A stretch of 64,000 nucleotides of DNA, from NCBI RefSeq assembly GCF_009914755.1, contig NC_060937.1. One strand, given 5' to 3'. The position numbers and the translations under genes were made by a program. This stretch comes from the human T2T-CHM13v2.0 reference genome, Homo sapiens. This document shows, in pieces, positions 46,368 through 64,000 of this stretch (its first letter is position 1; each line of letters opens with the position of its first letter). A model generated the notes under the pieces. The model made no database searches and was not told where the DNA came from. It saw nothing but the letters and a program-made list of their open reading frames with translations.

Positions 46368-46437
46368 TATACATATATATATACATACATATACATATAT
46401 ATATATACACACATACATATACATATATATATATACA
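46300..46437. repeat. Compound (TG)n(TA)n(CA/TA)n microsatellite
   Basis: Direct reading. Confidence 0.95.
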
Positions 46438-46480
46438 CCTGGCCTTCATAATATTATATTGTATCTATATATGTTATATA

Positions 46481-46879
<399 letters not shown>

Positions 46880-48474
46880 TTAAAATAGAATACTAAAAAA
46901 TATTCAAAGAATCCAAAACAAGCAAAAAAATAAAAATAAAAAAGGAATGGAGGTAAGAGAATAGCAACAACAAAAGCAGGAGACAAATAGAAGCCAAAAA
47001 TAAAAATGGAAGGGCTAAATTCAATTATAGCAATAATTCCATTAAATGTTAATGATCTTAATACTCCGTTAGAAGGCAAGGGTTGACAGAGTGCATAAAA
47101 ATCAAGACGCTACTACTATATGCTGCCCCTAAGAAATACACTTTAAATATAAATATACAAAAAAGGTTGAAAATAAACAAATGTAAAATGTATATACCAT
47201 ACAAATAGTAAGAATGAGAAGATTGGATTGGTTATTTTAATATCAGATAAAACAGACTTCAAGACAAAGAGTATTTCTAGAGACAAAGGGGGGGATTTCA
47301 TAATGATTGAAGGGTCATTTCGTCAGGCAGACACTTCATTCATACGTGTACACACACCTAATAAGAGAGACTTAAAATACTGCAGTAAAGATTAACCAAA
47401 TTACAGGGAGAAATAGAAATTCCATAATTGTGACAGAAGATTTTAATATCCTTTCTCAATATTTGATGGAACAACTAGACAAAAAAGCAGTAAAGGTATA
47501 GTTTTAACATTGTAAACCTCCTTGATTTAATTGATATTTATAGAACACTACATCCGACAACTGCAGAATACCTATTTCTTTCAAATGCACATAACATTCA
47601 CCAAGACGAACAATGACGGCTAAAAAAAAAAAAAGAAAAAAAAAGGATGGTAAGCTATAAAACAGATTTCAAAATGTAGAAGAAGCAAAATCATAGGAAG
47701 TATATTTCTGAACACAACAGAATTAAGTTAGAAATCAATAACAAGATATCTAGGAAAACCTCAAGTATTATGAATTGAATAGCATACTTCAAATATTTCA
47801 TAGGTCAAAGAAAAAAATGACAAGAGAAATTAGAAAATATTTTATCTGAATGATAATGCAAATATACAAAGTTTGTGAAAAGAGCTAAAGCAGTACTTAA
47901 AGTGAAAACTATGGCTTTAAATGCTTATGTTAGAAAAGGAGAAAGATTTAAAATCAATAACCTAAGGTCCTACCTTAAGAAACTAAAAGAAGAGCAAAGT
48001 AACCCTAAAGTAGTAGAAGGAAGTCAATAATAAAGATAGTAGAAATAAAATAGAAAACAGACAAGCGAAAGAGAAAAATCAAGAAAACCAAAAGCGAAGT
48101 TTTTGAAAAGATGAACCCCAAACCTCTAGCTAGATTGGCCAAGGAAGAGAGAGAAACAAATTACCAATATCAGCAATAAAAAGGAATTCTAACCACAGAT
48201 TCTATAGACAATAACAAGATAATAAGAAAATGCTAAATGCTATGTTATCGAATTCTACCACTTAAATAAAATGGACAGATTTCTTGAAAAATGTAGCTTA
48301 CCAAAATTGATGCAAGATGAAATAAAAAATTTAAATGGTGCTATTTTTTTGAGAATATAATTATTTTACCTTTTATTTAATGCTTTGTGTATTGTTTGAA
48401 TTTTTCTTTTGTTCAACTATGTGTGAATGTATTTGACAGTTAAAATGAAAAAATTTTAATTTTTTAATATTATA

Positions 48475-51355
<2,881 letters not shown>

Positions 51356-51389
51356 ATTATTTAGATTTTGGGCATTATTTGAATTTTTT

Positions 51390-52159
51390 TCTTTTTCATT
51401 TTTTTCTCTTTTTTAAAAAATAATTTTAACTTTTATTTTAGATTCAGGTGTACATGTGCAGATTTGTTACCTGGGTATATTGCATGGTATATCCAGGTTT
51501 GGGATATGCTTGATCCCATCACACAGGTACTGAACCTAGTACCCAATAATCAGTTTTTCAGCCCTCGCCCGCCTCTCTCCTTCCTCCCTCTGCTAATCCC
51601 CGGTGTCTGTTGTTGCCATCTTTATGTTCATGAGTACCCACTGTTTAGCTTCCACTTATAAGTGAGAACATGCAGTATTTGGTTTTCTGTTCCTGCATTA
51701 ATTTGCTTAGAATAATGGCCTCCAGCTCCATCCACATTGCTGCAAAGAACACGATTTCATTCTTTTTTATGGCTGTATAGGACTCCATGGTGTATCTGTA
51801 CCACGTTTTCTTTATCCAATCCACTGTTGACGGGTATCTAGGTTGATTCCATGTCTTTGCTATTGTGAAGAGTGTTGCGATGAACATGCAAGTGAGTGTA
51901 TCTTTATGGTAGAATGATTTATTTTCTTTTGGATATAGATCCAGTAATGGGATCGTGGGGTTGAATGGTAAGGCTGTTTTAAGTTCTTTGAGAAATCTCC
52001 AAGCTGCTTTTCACAATGGTTGAACTAATTTACATTCCCACCAACAATATATAACCATTCCTTTTTCTCTGCAACCTCACCAGTATCTGTTGTTTTTTGA
52101 GTTTTTAATAATAGGTATTCTGACTGGTGTGAGATGATATCTCATTGTGGTTTTGATTT
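51390..52159 (-). mobile_element. L1PA16-like 3' end
   Basis: TACATGTGCAGATTTGTTACCTGGGTATATTGCATG; ORF 51645-51887 reads MFIATLFTIAKTWNQP...MFSLISGS. Confidence 0.9.
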
Positions 52160-52960
52160 ATGACCCTGGGTAGTCAAAGGTTTCTTAGGTAGAACACAAA
52201 ATTCATTAATTGTAAAGAAAAAAATTGATTACTTAGACTTACCAGAATTAAAACATTAGTTCCTTGAAAGACACCATAAAGAGAACAGAAATGCAAGCCA
52301 CACACTGGGAGAAAATATTCTTAGCTCATGTATTAAACAGAAGACTTGTATTCAGAATATACAAAGAACTCTTACAACTCCAAGAAAATGGTTAAAAGGT
52401 TTAAACAGATACTTCACAAAAAAATGGTATATAAACGGTGCAACAACGCACTTAAAGATGGTTCAACATCACCCCTTAGAATAGCAAAAATCAAAAAGAC
52501 CCAATGCTGGCAAGGCAAAGCTGTGGAGCAACTGGAACTCCCACAATTTGCTGATGGGACTTTAAGATGGTGCAACCATTTTTGTTGTACCATTTGGAAA
52601 ACAGCTTGGCAGTTTCTGAAAATGTTAAACATATGCCTATAGCATGACCCAGCCATTCCACTCCTGGGCATTTACCCAAAAGAAAGCATATGTTCCTACA
52701 AAACCTGTACATGAATGTTCACAGCAGCTTTATTTTTAACGGTTCCAAATTGAAAACAACTCAAAGGTCCATCAACAGGTGACTGTATAAATAAATAGTG
52801 ATTTATACAATGGACTACTACTCATCAATACAAAGGAATGAACTATGGATGCATATAACAACATGGATGAATCTCAAAATCATTTTGGTGAATAAAAGAA
52901 GCCAGGCACAAAAGGATACATACTGTTTGATTCTATTCATATAAAATTCTGGAAAACACA
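52160..52960 (+). mobile_element. Old L1M ORF2 C-terminus and 3' end
   Basis: CAAGCCACACACTGGGAGAAAATATT, GACCCAGCCATTCCACTCCTGGGCATTTACCC, ACATGGATGAATCTCAAAATCAT. Confidence 0.88.
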
Positions 52961-53049
52961 ATTTTATTCTAGATCCTTTATTCTTTGAATAGTTGAATTT
53001 TAATTCCTTTTATATTTTCCATGTAAAGTTTAAGCCCTTTAAAACATCC

Positions 53050-53385
53050 ATGTGCAGAAGTTGAGAGAGGGAAGAAGTGTAGGCCAAAGATGTAGCATTG
53101 GAAGTCAAGAAGAAAATAGTCTTTATAATCTCAGGAGTGACATATTTAAATAAGGAAAGTGTAGCAAAAAGAAAGTTTAGGACTGAGTTCTGAGGAACAC
53201 AAACAATTCAAGGTGGGTAAATGAGGTAAAGCCAGTACAGGAAGCTGAGGAGGAACAGCTAATGGGGTTGAAGGAAACCCAGGACAATGTATGATCAGAG
53301 AAACCAACAGAGAAACATGCTTCAAAAAGGAATGAAGGGTTAACTATGCCCAACTCCACCAAAAGCTGAGTAAGTTGAGGGTATA
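53050..53385 (-). mobile_element. L2 fragment
   Basis: AGGACTGAGTTCTGAGGAACACAAACA..GGAAACCCAGGACAATGTATGATCAGAGAAACCAA. Confidence 0.7.
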
Positions 53386-55074
53386 ATTAGTGCCCAAGAA
53401 CTATGGGAGTTTGAATTTGCAAACAGAAAAAAAAAATAAGTAGAGCTTTGCAACTATGCAAGTAGTTACTTGCTAGTATATAACAAATTTTGCTTAACTT
53501 ATTCTTGAATTAACAGGTTTTTTATTTCAAGGAGTACAAAATTAGAAATAATTAAAATAAAAATAAAAAATAGGTTCAAAATACATAAAATCCTAGTTAC
53601 TATAGACCGTTTCGATGTTTCACCGGGTACAGAGGTTATTAAATTACATTATTAACTTTTAACTCTTTGATAGTCACCATCTTTACTGCTCTTGAAATTT
53701 TAATTATAAACCATTATTTATCTTATTACTATAATTTTTACTGTCATAATCAAAGAATTTCTGAGATTTTCAACCAACCCATATGATGAAGGTATGAAAC
53801 ATCTTTTTATCACCAAGATGGGAAAACAATGGCAAACTCTTGCATCAATCAAGTTAAATGAATTGGTTATAGATGGTTCTTAGTGTTGGATTTTCACCTG
53901 AAGTATCTGCCATCAGCCTTTCATGGGAAATATTTTAATTTAATTTTGAAATTAAAACAGTGGTGTAGTTTCATTTTGATTTGTATAGAAAAGGGCTTAG
54001 ATAGTAATGCAGTATAAACAACCCTGACAGAAATCTTGATTTATCGGTTCTTGGGGGATTCAGCAAAGGCTTTAGGGCATGAAAGGCATAAAGAAAACTT
54101 GGCAGGAACCAGAGCAGAGGAAGGCAAGATACTAGCCAGCTAGCATGGTGTTTTTTCCCTGTTCTCTGACAGAAGGAGGACAGCCATGTGAGGAAGATAA
54201 TCATGGCAGCAAAAGTTGCCAAAGAAAGTTGCTTAAGCTAAAATCATCAAGGAATTTGAGGCAATGACAGTTCATCATCTAGAGAGATGGACTCTAACTG
54301 GATGAATATACAAAGCTCTGCTTTCTGAGAAGCAGGATACGTCTGCTGAGAGACAGCTGGGAGTGAACTAAGCTTCATTCTGCAATCTTTTTGCTGACAT
54401 TTGCCATAATATTTTCAGTGATGTGTAAGAAATGCAATTCTGTAATTACATGGTCTCCTGGCTGTGGTCTCCATCCAAAGCATGATAGTGTCTGGACCCC
54501 CACCCTAAGAGTTTAACACCTCCTGAGTGTACAGGCTCATTTTGGCCCTAATGGAGAGAAAACCAGCAGTGCAGAAATTCCTCAGGTGCAGCACGGTCCA
54601 TGATAGGAGCCCACTGAGTAATAAATGCCAGAGGAAGTTAGGGTGAAAGAGACAACCCTGCCAGTAATGGTTTTTAAAGGCTCCATGGAAACTCTTAACC
54701 TTTCACCACCTTAAGGCAAAGAGGGACTGCTCTGTCCTCCTTCATATGCAGACTCTACTTTCCTTTGTGGTTTCCTTTTCTCTGTGCAGTTGCCTTCAGT
54801 CGAGTTTGATAGAGTGGAAGGGTGGGGAAATAGAGGAAATGGAAGAGAAGAAAGAGAGTGATTTTCTTCATCCTGTCCTGGATCTGGATCCCTTTTAATA
54901 GGATCTCTCCTGGACAGTTCTGAGCACTTCGAAGTGCATCCAATTCAGGTCACAGTAGGTGGGCAAAGGACTTCAGACCCTGGAGACACAAAGGTAACAG
55001 CTCCTCTTTACACTGCCACCGTCTGCTTTTTAGTAGGAAACCTGGGAGCCCCGGGCAGCTACCTTAATGTAGAT

Positions 55075-55280
55075 AAGAGCTGGCGGGGTGAGGAAAAGCG
55101 CTGGGCTGTGAGTCAGGAGATTTGAGCCCCTGCTTACTAATTGAATGATTCTGGGCCAGTTACTTAAGTTTCTCTGTGTCAGCTTCTCATTTTTAAAATG
55201 GGAAAAACAGTACTCACCCTATCTCTTTAAAGGGCCATCCTAAGGATCTGAAGATGATGTACATGCAAGTCCCTATTGGA
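55075..55280 (+). mobile_element. MIR
   Basis: GGAAAAGCGCTGGGCTGTGAGTCAGGAGA...GGGCCAGTTACTTAAGTTTCTCTGTGTCAGCTTCTCATTTTTAAAATGGG. Confidence 0.8.
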
Positions 55281-57057
55281 CCATAAAAGTTTATTAAAAG
55301 TTAAGTATAAAGGCTCTTAAGAAGTTACATTAATTAAGAATATTTTAATTTAAAGATCTGAAATATATTAGGGGACTTTCTTCTTGAAATCCCATGGTGA
55401 TTCTCGTGTAATATGAAGAAGGAAAGTTGATGGGTGTCTTCTCTAACGAGAACTCTGATTAGTGGAAGGTTAAGGGGGTGATATCAAATAGGTAAACAGA
55501 GAAAGATTGTTTCAATTGCAGGAACTAGAATGTGTGTAGTGAAGGAAAAACCACAGACTGAACTTTGGAAGGAGTCCCATGCAGGTTTGTAATCTTCATG
55601 TAGGGCAGAGCTTCCCAATGGGTGGGTGTGAATAGATTACAGGCATGAAATATTGGTCTGGATTAGTTGCCTTGATGGAGAACACAGTCGTAGGTGGCCA
55701 CCCCGAATCTCTGCCTTCACACATTGATAGGTCTGTTCCTGCGTTATTGTTATCGATATGCCCATGGAGTGACATCTATGTTATCTTCAGGAGCACCGCA
55801 CTAATAATGACTTGTGTGCACTCTGCCCATTAGAATTTCATTATTATTTTGAAATTCTTAACGTGAAAAAATTTGGTTTTGCAACACATTTATATTATCA
55901 GCTAATATTTTAATTTAAAAGAAGAACTTAGATTCTTTAAACAGCTTTAATAATTATGAATTTCTGAATGATTATAAGATGTTTAAACAATTTTAATCAC
56001 TTGCTTGTGCAAAGTTTTGCTTGGTGTTACTGAGAATTTTAAAGACAGCATGATTTTAAGAAGCCTAGTGAAGAAGCACATGTAGCCATTTTATGCATAA
56101 AACCTTATAGGAAAAAGTTAGATTCAAAGGCGTAAGCTGAAATTTTTAAATAAAAATTTGAAAAGATCTTATTTGGAAGTTTAAAATAATTCAATACTTA
56201 ATAGCTTCCCTAATACTTTCAGTTTTCAATCATAAATATATAAGAAAGTCATAGTGATTTCTCTCAGCTTTCTTCCAATTTACTCCATTGTGTCACACAA
56301 GTATTATCATTGCCTCTGACTGCCATGACATGACACCATTGGAGAGCAGTAAACTAAAGAAAGGCCCATCACTTGGTTATTGGCTATCTAATTGTTATTG
56401 AGTTTCCTGTGAGCTGGTAGTACCTTGCTTCATCAGCTTAACCCACTGCCAAAAGTTCTTTATGCTTCTTCTTTGTATTATGAGCACATTTTCCTCTAAA
56501 GCTCTTAAGTACTTGTAAATCAAGGCTGGCATTAGGGTGTTTGGATACAGAGATTATGGATAGTAAATGTGAATTTCTTAATTCATTGCAATTCCAACAC
56601 TACCCCTGAGAAAACAGCCCAAGCCACATGGTACTTAGAGGTAAAAGTTCTCTCTTGATCAAAGACAGGTTTCTTTTATGAGCTGGTTTCTTAGAGCCTT
56701 CTCTTGATTTTGCAGGAAAATGGGGGTGGCTGCCCCCATCCAGTACTCAGGGCTCTCCTGAAAGTGCTGGCTGTGGGCTGGTAGATATCCACTTTCCAGA
56801 GCCTACTGGGATGTGGAGTTCTTGCAGCAAGGAAACCCTCCTGCTGTCCCTGGGGCTAGGGAAGGTGTCTGGTGGGAATTCTAGGTATCTTTCTGCCAGT
56901 AGTAAATTACTTCATGTTTGACTTCAAGTTCTTAGGTTCAATTTTTTAGGTATTAAAATTGGTGAGGGTAAATGTAGTAACTTACTGTTTTCTTCCAACA
57001 ATAAACACTCAACTCTGGATGACACAGTTGGGGCTTTTTATAATGACTTTGGCAATT

Positions 57058-57305
57058 TATGGCAGCATGGTATAGTGAAAAGAACATAGCTTCTGGAATC
57101 AGACAGGCCTAAGTTCAAATTTGAACTCTGTCACTTACTAGGTGGCCTTAACCTCTCTGAGTCTCAGTTTCTTTACCTGTGTAATGCAAACAATACCCTA
57201 ACTCCTGGGATTGGGACAAGATTTAAAATGGGAGAACATATGGCAAGCACCCAGTTTAATGCTTGGCACGTAGTATTCAGTCAATGACAGGTATTATTGT
57301 TATTG
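57058..57305 (+). mobile_element. MIR (near full length)
   Basis: GGCAGCATGGTATAGTGAAAAGAACATAGCTTCTGGAATCAGACAGGCC..TTAACCTCTCTGAGTCTCAGTTTC...TATTATT. Confidence 0.88.
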
Positions 57306-58531
57306 CTCTATTATTAGCCCGTAATTACATTCAAAAGGACATGTATTCAGATAAACATTACTAGCAGCTTGAGCAGGTGATAGGGCATTTGTAATTTAAC
57401 TTGTGTGCTTATTTCAGACTCAAAAATTACTTTATCTCAGAAGTAAATCAGAACTCCTTTCCCTTCTCACCCTGGACTAGGGGTAGATAAAGGGGTGGGG
57501 CTGCTTCACTAACCTTCTGTGGGTTAAAGACTAAATGAAGACTTTCTAAAAACCAGAATGCTAACAGTGGTTCCCTCTGGTAAGTGGGACTTCAGGTGCT
57601 TTTTCCTTTCTTGGTATTATTCTGAAGTCTAAAAAGTCAAGCTATTTTCATTTTGTAAACATAAACCAGACCAAAGATGTGGAATGGTAAATTTTTTTAT
57701 TTCTTTGAAAACTTCGTTCAGCAGCTGCACACATCCCACCCCCCCACCCCATCCAACCCCACACTCCCCAACCATGTATCCTACTAAGTCGGTCAACTCG
57801 GTCCCTGGCTCCTACCAGGGGCATCATGGTGCTGGAAAGGTTTTCTCGTTTTCCTCCAGGCAGGAGGGAACATGATCTACAGGCAATCAATGAAAAGCAG
57901 CAGCAAAGTAACGCGGGTAATGTTCAAAAATAAGACAAAACAAAAAACCTAACTGCAAGCTTCAGAATCTGGGAAACCAGCTAGAAGAAGAGAGGGAGGG
58001 AAGTGGGGGAAGCAGGACGGATAAAAATACAGTTACAACAAGAAGGAAATGGAAAATAAATAAAGGAAATTCCTTCACCCAAACTAAGTCCCTTGAGGGA
58101 GATTTGTTAGAATGGATGGTGGTTGGGGGGCAGGGGAGAGGGGATAAAATTCATGTAGGACTGTACAATTTGTGGGGGATTCTTCTAAAATCATTTCAAA
58201 AAGGACAGCCAAGCAGAATTCATACAGGACTCATTTGGATCTATTACTCTCTTTTGCAGTCTACACTTTCTGAAGTGTGGATTTATGAGTTTTAGATCAT
58301 TTGTTTCCCGTCCCACTAAGGTAAATAGCTCAGTGCGTTTGGTGCATTTATGATTGTTGTGCAGAGGAGTGCAGCTGATGAATTACTTCCTTTCATTTAT
58401 CTTTTGACCAGAAAATGTATGGTTTTCTAGCAATTTAACTTTTAATCTGTAACATTTTTCTTCTCAGTTTTGTTGCAGGTGCAGTATAGCTGTTTCTAAT
58501 CTAGGGAGGTTGGGTGGCCCAGAGGTTAGAT

Positions 58532-58854
58532 CTATGCTATCAAATATGGTAGCCCCTGGCTGGTAAGCACTTGAAATGTGGCTAGTCTGAATAGAGATGT
58601 GCTACAAGAGCTTAGTGGATTTTGGAGCCTTGGTATGAAAAAAAGAAAGTAAACTATCTCATTAATAATTTTTATATTGATTTACATGCTAAAATTATAA
58701 TATTTTGGTCAAAGTGGGATAAATATAATATGTTATTAAAATTAATTTCATCTGTTTCTTCTTCTTACTTTATAAATGTGGCTACAAGAATACTTAAAAT
58801 TACATATGTGGCTCGCATTTGTGGCTGGCATTATATTTCTATTGGACAGTGTTG
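58532..58854. mobile_element. MER33 (hAT-Charlie)
   Basis: TGCTATCAAATATGGTAGCC..AGCACTTGAAATGTGGCTAGTC...ATATTTCTATTGGACAGTGTTG, with terminal inverted repeats. Confidence 0.85.
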
Positions 58855-58995
58855 AATTAAGAGCAAGAGCTTGGGAAGTTCAAGTCATTTCCTGCCTTAT
58901 GAACTTGGATAAATTATGAAAACTCTCTAAGCTTCAATTTTCAACTAGTTAAACAGGAATAATAATATCTACCTAACAGGGTTGTAATGATTCAT
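58855..58995 (+). mobile_element. MIR fragment
   Basis: TTAAGAGCAAGAGCTTGG...ACTTGGATAAATTA..CTCTCTAAGCTTCAATTT..AATAATAATATCTACCTAACAGGGTTGT. Confidence 0.65.
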
Positions 58996-60514
58996 ATGTT
59001 GTGATTAATATATAATTATATTTATAATAATATAAGTAACATAAACATGTCATTATTTATGGTATTACTTGAAATAATTCCTGTGATATCTGGCAGATAA
59101 TATGCACTGGGCAAATGCTGATTCTCTTCCTTGTGCATTTTACTTACCACTAGTAAATGTGGCCACTTTGTTTATAATGAATTGTTTGGGATCAGGATAA
59201 AGTAGCCTGTACTTGTGTATTTCTCTTCATCTAAAAGATTAGAGTCCTTGACAAATAGACAGTCACACAAGGTCTCAGAAGGGAAGACCACCATTTTCAG
59301 CTAGATGGAGAATGAGTTTGTGGCTGAACATTATACCTGTGGCATCTCCCATATATCATTAGCTGCTGTGATTGTTAGACACACTTGGAGGCATTGATTA
59401 AAGTTGTTAATCTTTTGAAGTGTCTGAGGTTGTCTTTTAAAGCCCCCACATAAGTTTCTGATCATCTCCAAGAGTTAACAAGTGGAGTATGCCTGGAGAT
59501 ATTATGAAGTAGACAATTAAAAAAACAGGGCCAGTCTCATCACAACTTCTCTTTCTCCTTCTACTCCCTATTAATTTTCAGCCATTAGAGAGTAAAATTA
59601 TGTGGTTTGGAGTTGGTTTGCCTTTTCAAGCCCCAAGGGATTATAACCCTTAGTTATAGATTACCTTCAGGTGTCAGGTTTTCTTCAGGGATGGCACTCT
59701 TTTATGAATAGAACCCCTACCAAGCACCTGTGAAATCCACCCTCTGTACTGCTCACCCAGCCTTCTCTACTTGCAAGTTGTCCCAAAATGTTACAACTAG
59801 GAAATGTGAGTTTTTGGTGGCAACAAAGGTGGGGTTTTTTTTGCCCACAAAAGTGAATTCAAGGGATTTATTTTGGTTTTAAAATTAATATTCACTTTTT
59901 AAAGGTACAAATTTGAAAACCTAGTTATTCCTTTAGTTTTTAAACTCAGCTTACAGCTCTTATTATTTTATTTATGTCAACACATTTAACAATCACTCTT
60001 AAGATGGGCTTCGAATAATGTTTTAATTTACAAATTGTACTTCTCCCTATTTAACTTCTCTTTACAGTTAAATATTTTGATTTTCTTTAACAAAACTTTT
60101 CTGAAGATTTAAATTATGCTTATAAGTTTATAAAATAAATTTATACATATGCTGATTCTTAATTTCTCTTAAATATTCTAATACTATACATAATTGTAGT
60201 AAGATTGATGTTTAAAATCACAAGTCTATATGAATTATTCAATGAACAATTTAAAGCTGGAATTACAAGTCTCATCTATTGCTCTCTTAGGGCAAAACTG
60301 CTTAAATCCTTTATGCTTACATTCCTTCTAATTCTATTGGGTAAACGACTTTGGAAGTTGCAACAAGATAGATGAATAAATGAGATACGTCCAGAATTCA
60401 AAGGGGTTATCATTTTAATATCCATTCAAATTGCATGACCCTAAGACTGGAAGCATATGAAAAGAATACAGCAATCTTTTAAGAGTCTTTAACATAGAAA
60501 ATATATATGTTATG

Positions 60515-62370
<1,856 letters not shown>

Positions 62371-63189
62371 TTGGATAGTTGGTTTTGAGCTGTGATTTTT
62401 AGGTTGAAATTTTAATTAGCTTATATTTGGTATAAAATCAAAATTCACCATATTTACAAATTTAATTTATCAGATATATAAGAATTACTTTAAGTACAGA
62501 GGAAAATTTGTTGGATAAATACAATTGAAATACTTAAAAAGTATACTGAATATGTTAAATTTATAAATTTAGTTGTAACACTTGAACATTAAGAATCAAT
62601 ATTATCCAAAGAGCTCTTAAAAGTGATTGTTAAAATCTGCTACAGTTACCAATAAAATAATACTTGTAAGCTGAACTTAAAAGTTTAAGGAATAATCAAG
62701 TTTCTGTATTCTTTTTTAAATGTGTGACAGGCGTTCAGAGGATCATTTAGAATCCTTGGTTCATAACACATTCTCATCATTGGTCCATTCTTGGTATTTA
62801 TTTGGTTGGTAACTTTAACAAAATTAACTCACTTACTATTAATTTTTATATCCAAAGTAAACTCTGAATAGTCTTTTCTTTATTCCAAAACTGTCTGTGA
62901 GCCCATAAAAATCTCACATATTCATAGGATGAAGGTGGGATGTGGAAAGGGTCTAAAATGTGTTTTCGTGAATAAAAATGATTGTTTAGAAATAGTAGCA
63001 TTTAGCCTAGTTATTAAAGACAGGACATTTGAGTAATTTAAAAAAATAGATGAAATGGAAAAACACTCACCCAATAAGGTTTCTATTGTAAAAAGGCCAA
63101 AGGGAACGACATTCAGAATAAAAAGTCTTATACTTGGAAGTGAACAGATAACTAAATTTAATGAGATGGTCCGGGACACATAGGAACCC

Positions 63190-63380
63190 TCAAAATGTTA
63201 CTAGAAGGTTATGGTGAGCCTAGAATATTGAGGGGTGAGTTTGGGCCATCTAGGTGAAAATGTCAGCTAGACAGTCATAGATATAATACTAGCAGTCTCG
63301 GGGAAATTGGAATTGAGAACACAATGTGGGAACCACCAGCTTAGAGGCAAGAGCTGAAGCTCTGAAGATAGTGAAGGCCT
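63190..63380 (-). mobile_element. L2 fragment
   Basis: GCCATCTAGGTGAAAATGTCAGCTAGACAGTCATAGATATA..TGTGGGAACCACCAGC. Confidence 0.55.
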
Positions 63381-63555
63381 CCCTGGGGGAGATGGGAAGA
63401 GAGGAATGAAGGCAGAAGAAAAGTTGTTTTTCTTTCAAATCCTCTATATTTTATATTATTCCCTGCTTCCTTTTCCTCCTGCTTCCTGGGTTGGGATGGG
63501 GATATCTCCTCTTGGCTTATAAAATTATCTAGAGACCAGGAGCCACCTTGTAGAG

Positions 63556-64000
63556 TAGGGGTCCCCAACCTCTGGGCCATGGACCAGTACCAGTCCATGG
63601 TCTGTTAGCAACAGGGCCGCACAGCAGGAGGTGAATAGCAGGCGAGTGAGTGAAGCTTCATTTGTATTTACAACCACGCCCCATCACTCCCATTACCCTC
63701 TGAGCTCAGCCTCCTGTCAGATCAGTGGTGGCTTTAGATTCTCACAGGAGTGTGAACCCTATGGTGAATGGTGCATGCAAGGGATCTAGATTGCGTGCTC
63801 TTTATGAGAATCTAGTGCATAATGATCTGTCACTGTCTCCTATCACCCCCAGGTGGGACTGTTTAGTTGCAGGAAAACAAGCTCAGGGCTCCCATTGATT
63901 CTACATGATAAAGAGTTGTATACTTCATTATATATTACAATCTAATAATAATATAAATAAATTGCACAGTAAGTGTAATGCGCTTGTATCATCCTGAACC
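63556..64000 (+). mobile_element. MER1A (hAT-Charlie), runs off the window end
   Basis: AGGGGTCCCCAACCTCTGGGCCATGGACCAGTACCAGTCCATGG..GCCGCACAGCAGGAGGTGA..GATTCTCACAGGAGTGTGAACCCTA. The left target TTGTAGAG resembles the Charlie NTCTAGAN preference. Confidence 0.92.

Overview
This is primate (AluY-containing, most likely human) genomic DNA that is repeat-rich and has no CpG island. I see no credible protein-coding exon, RNA gene, CRISPR array or prokaryotic feature. Every ORF in the track with a recognisable product is a decayed LINE-1 ORF1/ORF2 or L3/CR1 remnant; the rest are Alu or microsatellite read-throughs or short unrecognisable ORFs. Roughly half or more of the window is interspersed repeat: 14 Alus, several L1PA/L1PB/L1M copies (including a ~5 kb L1PA7-like element), solo LTRs (LTR8, MLT2D, MSTB, LTR16, LTR33-like), DNA transposon fossils (Tigger3b, MER45A, MER104, MER33, MER1A) and MIR/L2/L3 fragments. 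Family and subfamily calls come from recalled consensus sequences, not a database search. I found no evidence of a new biological system. The most unusual signals are templated-insertion scars: a 166-bp unique segment copied from 1.24 kb away into an MSTB LTR, and three short mosaics of fold-back or direct repeats (32075-32175, 49106-49158, 39771-39811). There are also a few candidate enhancer motif clusters and splice signals in repeat-free stretches.
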